64,000 nucleotides of DNA, taken from assembly GCA_004022145.1 (NCBI GenBank), contig RCNU01000006.1. One strand, 5' to 3'. Positions within the stretch are counted from its first letter, which is position 1, and the number at the start of each line of letters is the position of its first letter. Of this stretch, positions 62,340 to 64,000 are shown piece by piece. The notes under the pieces are model-generated. The model saw only the letters and a program-made list of their open reading frames with translations. It did no database searches and was not told the DNA's origin. The stretch comes from Paecilomyces variotii (taxonomy: Eukaryota). A program made the translations under genes and the position numbers.

Positions 62340-63006
62340 CGCTAGGACATCCAAAGTCAGCGCGACAGCTGCTGGCGCGAAGGGTTTGGAGGGATATAAG
62401 ATATCGGGGGAAGAGGACAGGTGCATACCGTGTAGATGGGATGAATCTGACAATGGGGCGTCTGGATCAGCGCATCACCCGCAAAGAGACAAAGCAGCAG
62501 GCTGTTGCCGCAGTCGAATAGGCGGGAATGAAACCGGAGATCTCCGCGCGTGGTGAGTCGCAACAACAATATTATATAGATAGATGATCGTAGATGATCG
62601 TATTTTGTTTCTTTTGTATGTATGTATGTATGTACTGTACTGTACATCCACCGGTGGTCCGAGCTCCCCGTGCGATAATCGTGGAGGGTCGAGGTGGTGC
62701 GTGGCTGCAGTGTGCGCAGTGGAGTGATCGGCCAGTCAGGAGCAGTCAGAAGCAGTTCAGGAGCAGTCAAGAGCAGTCAAGCAGGGAAAAAGGTGCGTGG
62801 GGATAAGCGCACAGCGTGTTCGCGTCTTCGATCTCGCTCGTCCAGGCCCGGGGAAGCGAGCGCCCTTTTAACCCTGCGCTGAGTTGCGGCAACGCGGGCC
62901 CGCGCTAAATTTTGTTCTTTTCTTCCGTGCGTTGCCCTCCTATTATTATTAGTATTGTGATTTTTGCAGTCCAGTCCCTTGCTCTTCTTGTCGCCATCCC
63001 ATCTCA

Positions 63007-63033
63007 TCTGATTCTGATTCTGATTCTGATTCT
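63007..63033. repeat. (CTGATT)n hexanucleotide microsatellite
   Basis: tctgattctgattctgattctgattctg. Confidence 0.75.
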
Positions 63034-63753
63034 GGGGTGCAGCTCTGATCGTCCCCTGGCTCTCGCTGCAGGGAATCTATTGAACACACTCTTCCTCTCT
63101 TTCCTCTTCTCTCTTTTTTTTCCTGTCCTTCTTTTCTTTTCTTTTCTTCACACCGTGAATTGGATCATGGCATCGTAACCCATCCCGTGACTCCAACATA
63201 CCTTTGCCCGGGCTGGCTGCTGATTGGATCCCGCCCAGCGTGATCCAAAGCCGGTCGCATTCAGGTTCCTGAAGGCTGCTAAATAAATAACAATAATAAT
63301 ACCTAGAACTTGGCTTGATGATGCCTCGTCTAGATATCCTTCAACATTTCTTTTATCTTCATATTGTTACTCGAATTTGTTTCATTCTATTTTTGCACTG
63401 TAGCCTTACCAGCCCTTGGTGACCCCGAACCTCAGGTCACTGACTGCATCTGATCGACGAGGATGCCTAACATTCAGCCTGATGCCAGCTGCGGCTATAT
63501 GAGGAAAGGAGTCTGCGGCGGCGTACAATGATGATAGAGCTAAATCCGGAGTTGCTGGGATCGCGCGCGCGCAGTGGAGCAGAAACCAGTCGGTCTGTCC
63601 GGCGTGGTATCGCCTACTGTTCACCCGTTCTACACCAGCATCTGTGAAGGACTGAGAAATTACTTGATCTAATCTGATCGCGCCGCTGTGGACCCCTCTG
63701 GCACATATCCCGGAAGCCGCAGCATCATCAGTGTCCATTTGGCCAAAAGATTT

Positions 63754-64000
63754 TTAACGCATACGGTCGCGCGCTGGCGGGATCGCTGGGATGATTCGAT
63801 CCGTCATCTGTATCAGACCCTCGAGCCGCTCCGTCGTCGTATCGCCGATGAAGAGCGCCACAACCGGCCACACATGGATGGAATCACTTTGCTCCACCAC
63901 TTCACATCGACAGCCCGCCGTGGACATCAGCTGGCTCCAGCGCCGGGTCTCAGGGCCAAAGACCTCCTCCGAACCGTAGAAGCAGACGAAGCCGCCGGAC
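63754..64000 (-). CDS. C-terminal part of an alpha/beta hydrolase (abhydrolase_3-like); gene extends beyond the window
   Basis: Open frame from the window edge: FVCFYGSEEVF...DSIHVWPVVALF...DRMR*, spacing typical of the catalytic acid and His motifs. Confidence 0.55.
   Translation of the reverse strand, partial: SGGFVCFYGSEEVFGPETRRWSQLMSTAGCRCEVVEQSDSIHVWPVVALFIGDTTTERLEGLIQMTDRIIPAIPPARDRMR

Noticed and set aside
62738..62783. Degenerate 10-11-bp repeat (GAGCAGTCA) upstream of the NC2-alpha gene
   Set aside because: Low-complexity leader repeat with no spacers; not CRISPR-like
63406..63738. 110-aa ORF in frame just after the hydrolase stop (possible readthrough)
   Set aside because: The stop is TAA followed by AAA, not a leaky TGA-CTA context; the peptide has no motif or PTS1
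1..64000. tRNA, 5S rRNA, telomeric repeats, Starship captain, secondary-metabolite backbone genes
   Set aside because: None recognised by eye; a tRNAscan/Infernal run would be needed to exclude small RNA genes

Overview
Gene-dense window from a filamentous ascomycete, probably Eurotiales (short GT-AG introns with CTRAC branch sites, RIP-mutated transposon). Conserved housekeeping genes include a UBP12-like deubiquitinase, the Atg20/Snx41 sorting nexin, Trm732/THADA, Tim23, a Ser/Thr kinase, Ilv3, Loa1/Vps66, FhipA and NC2-alpha. They are interrupted by accessory-looking segments: (i) 5.4-9.9 kb, an APH-like phosphotransferase and a double Zn2Cys6 protein bracketed by a 123-bp direct repeat; (ii) 13-17 kb, small membrane orphans and a stand-alone retropepsin-like protease; (iii) 35.3-40.6 kb, a full-length, RIP-destroyed Ty1/copia element with 129-bp LTRs and a GAAGA target-site duplication, just upstream of a LaeA-like methyltransferase; (iv) 45-57 kb, a Fet4-type permease, a DUF3632 protein, a secreted T1-family RNase with U2/ribotoxin-type cysteines, an MFS transporter and, most notably, an intronless kinase-only Vip1/PPIP5K paralog with no phosphatase domain. 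All calls come from reading motifs by eye. No database searches were run, and exon boundaries are hand-inferred.
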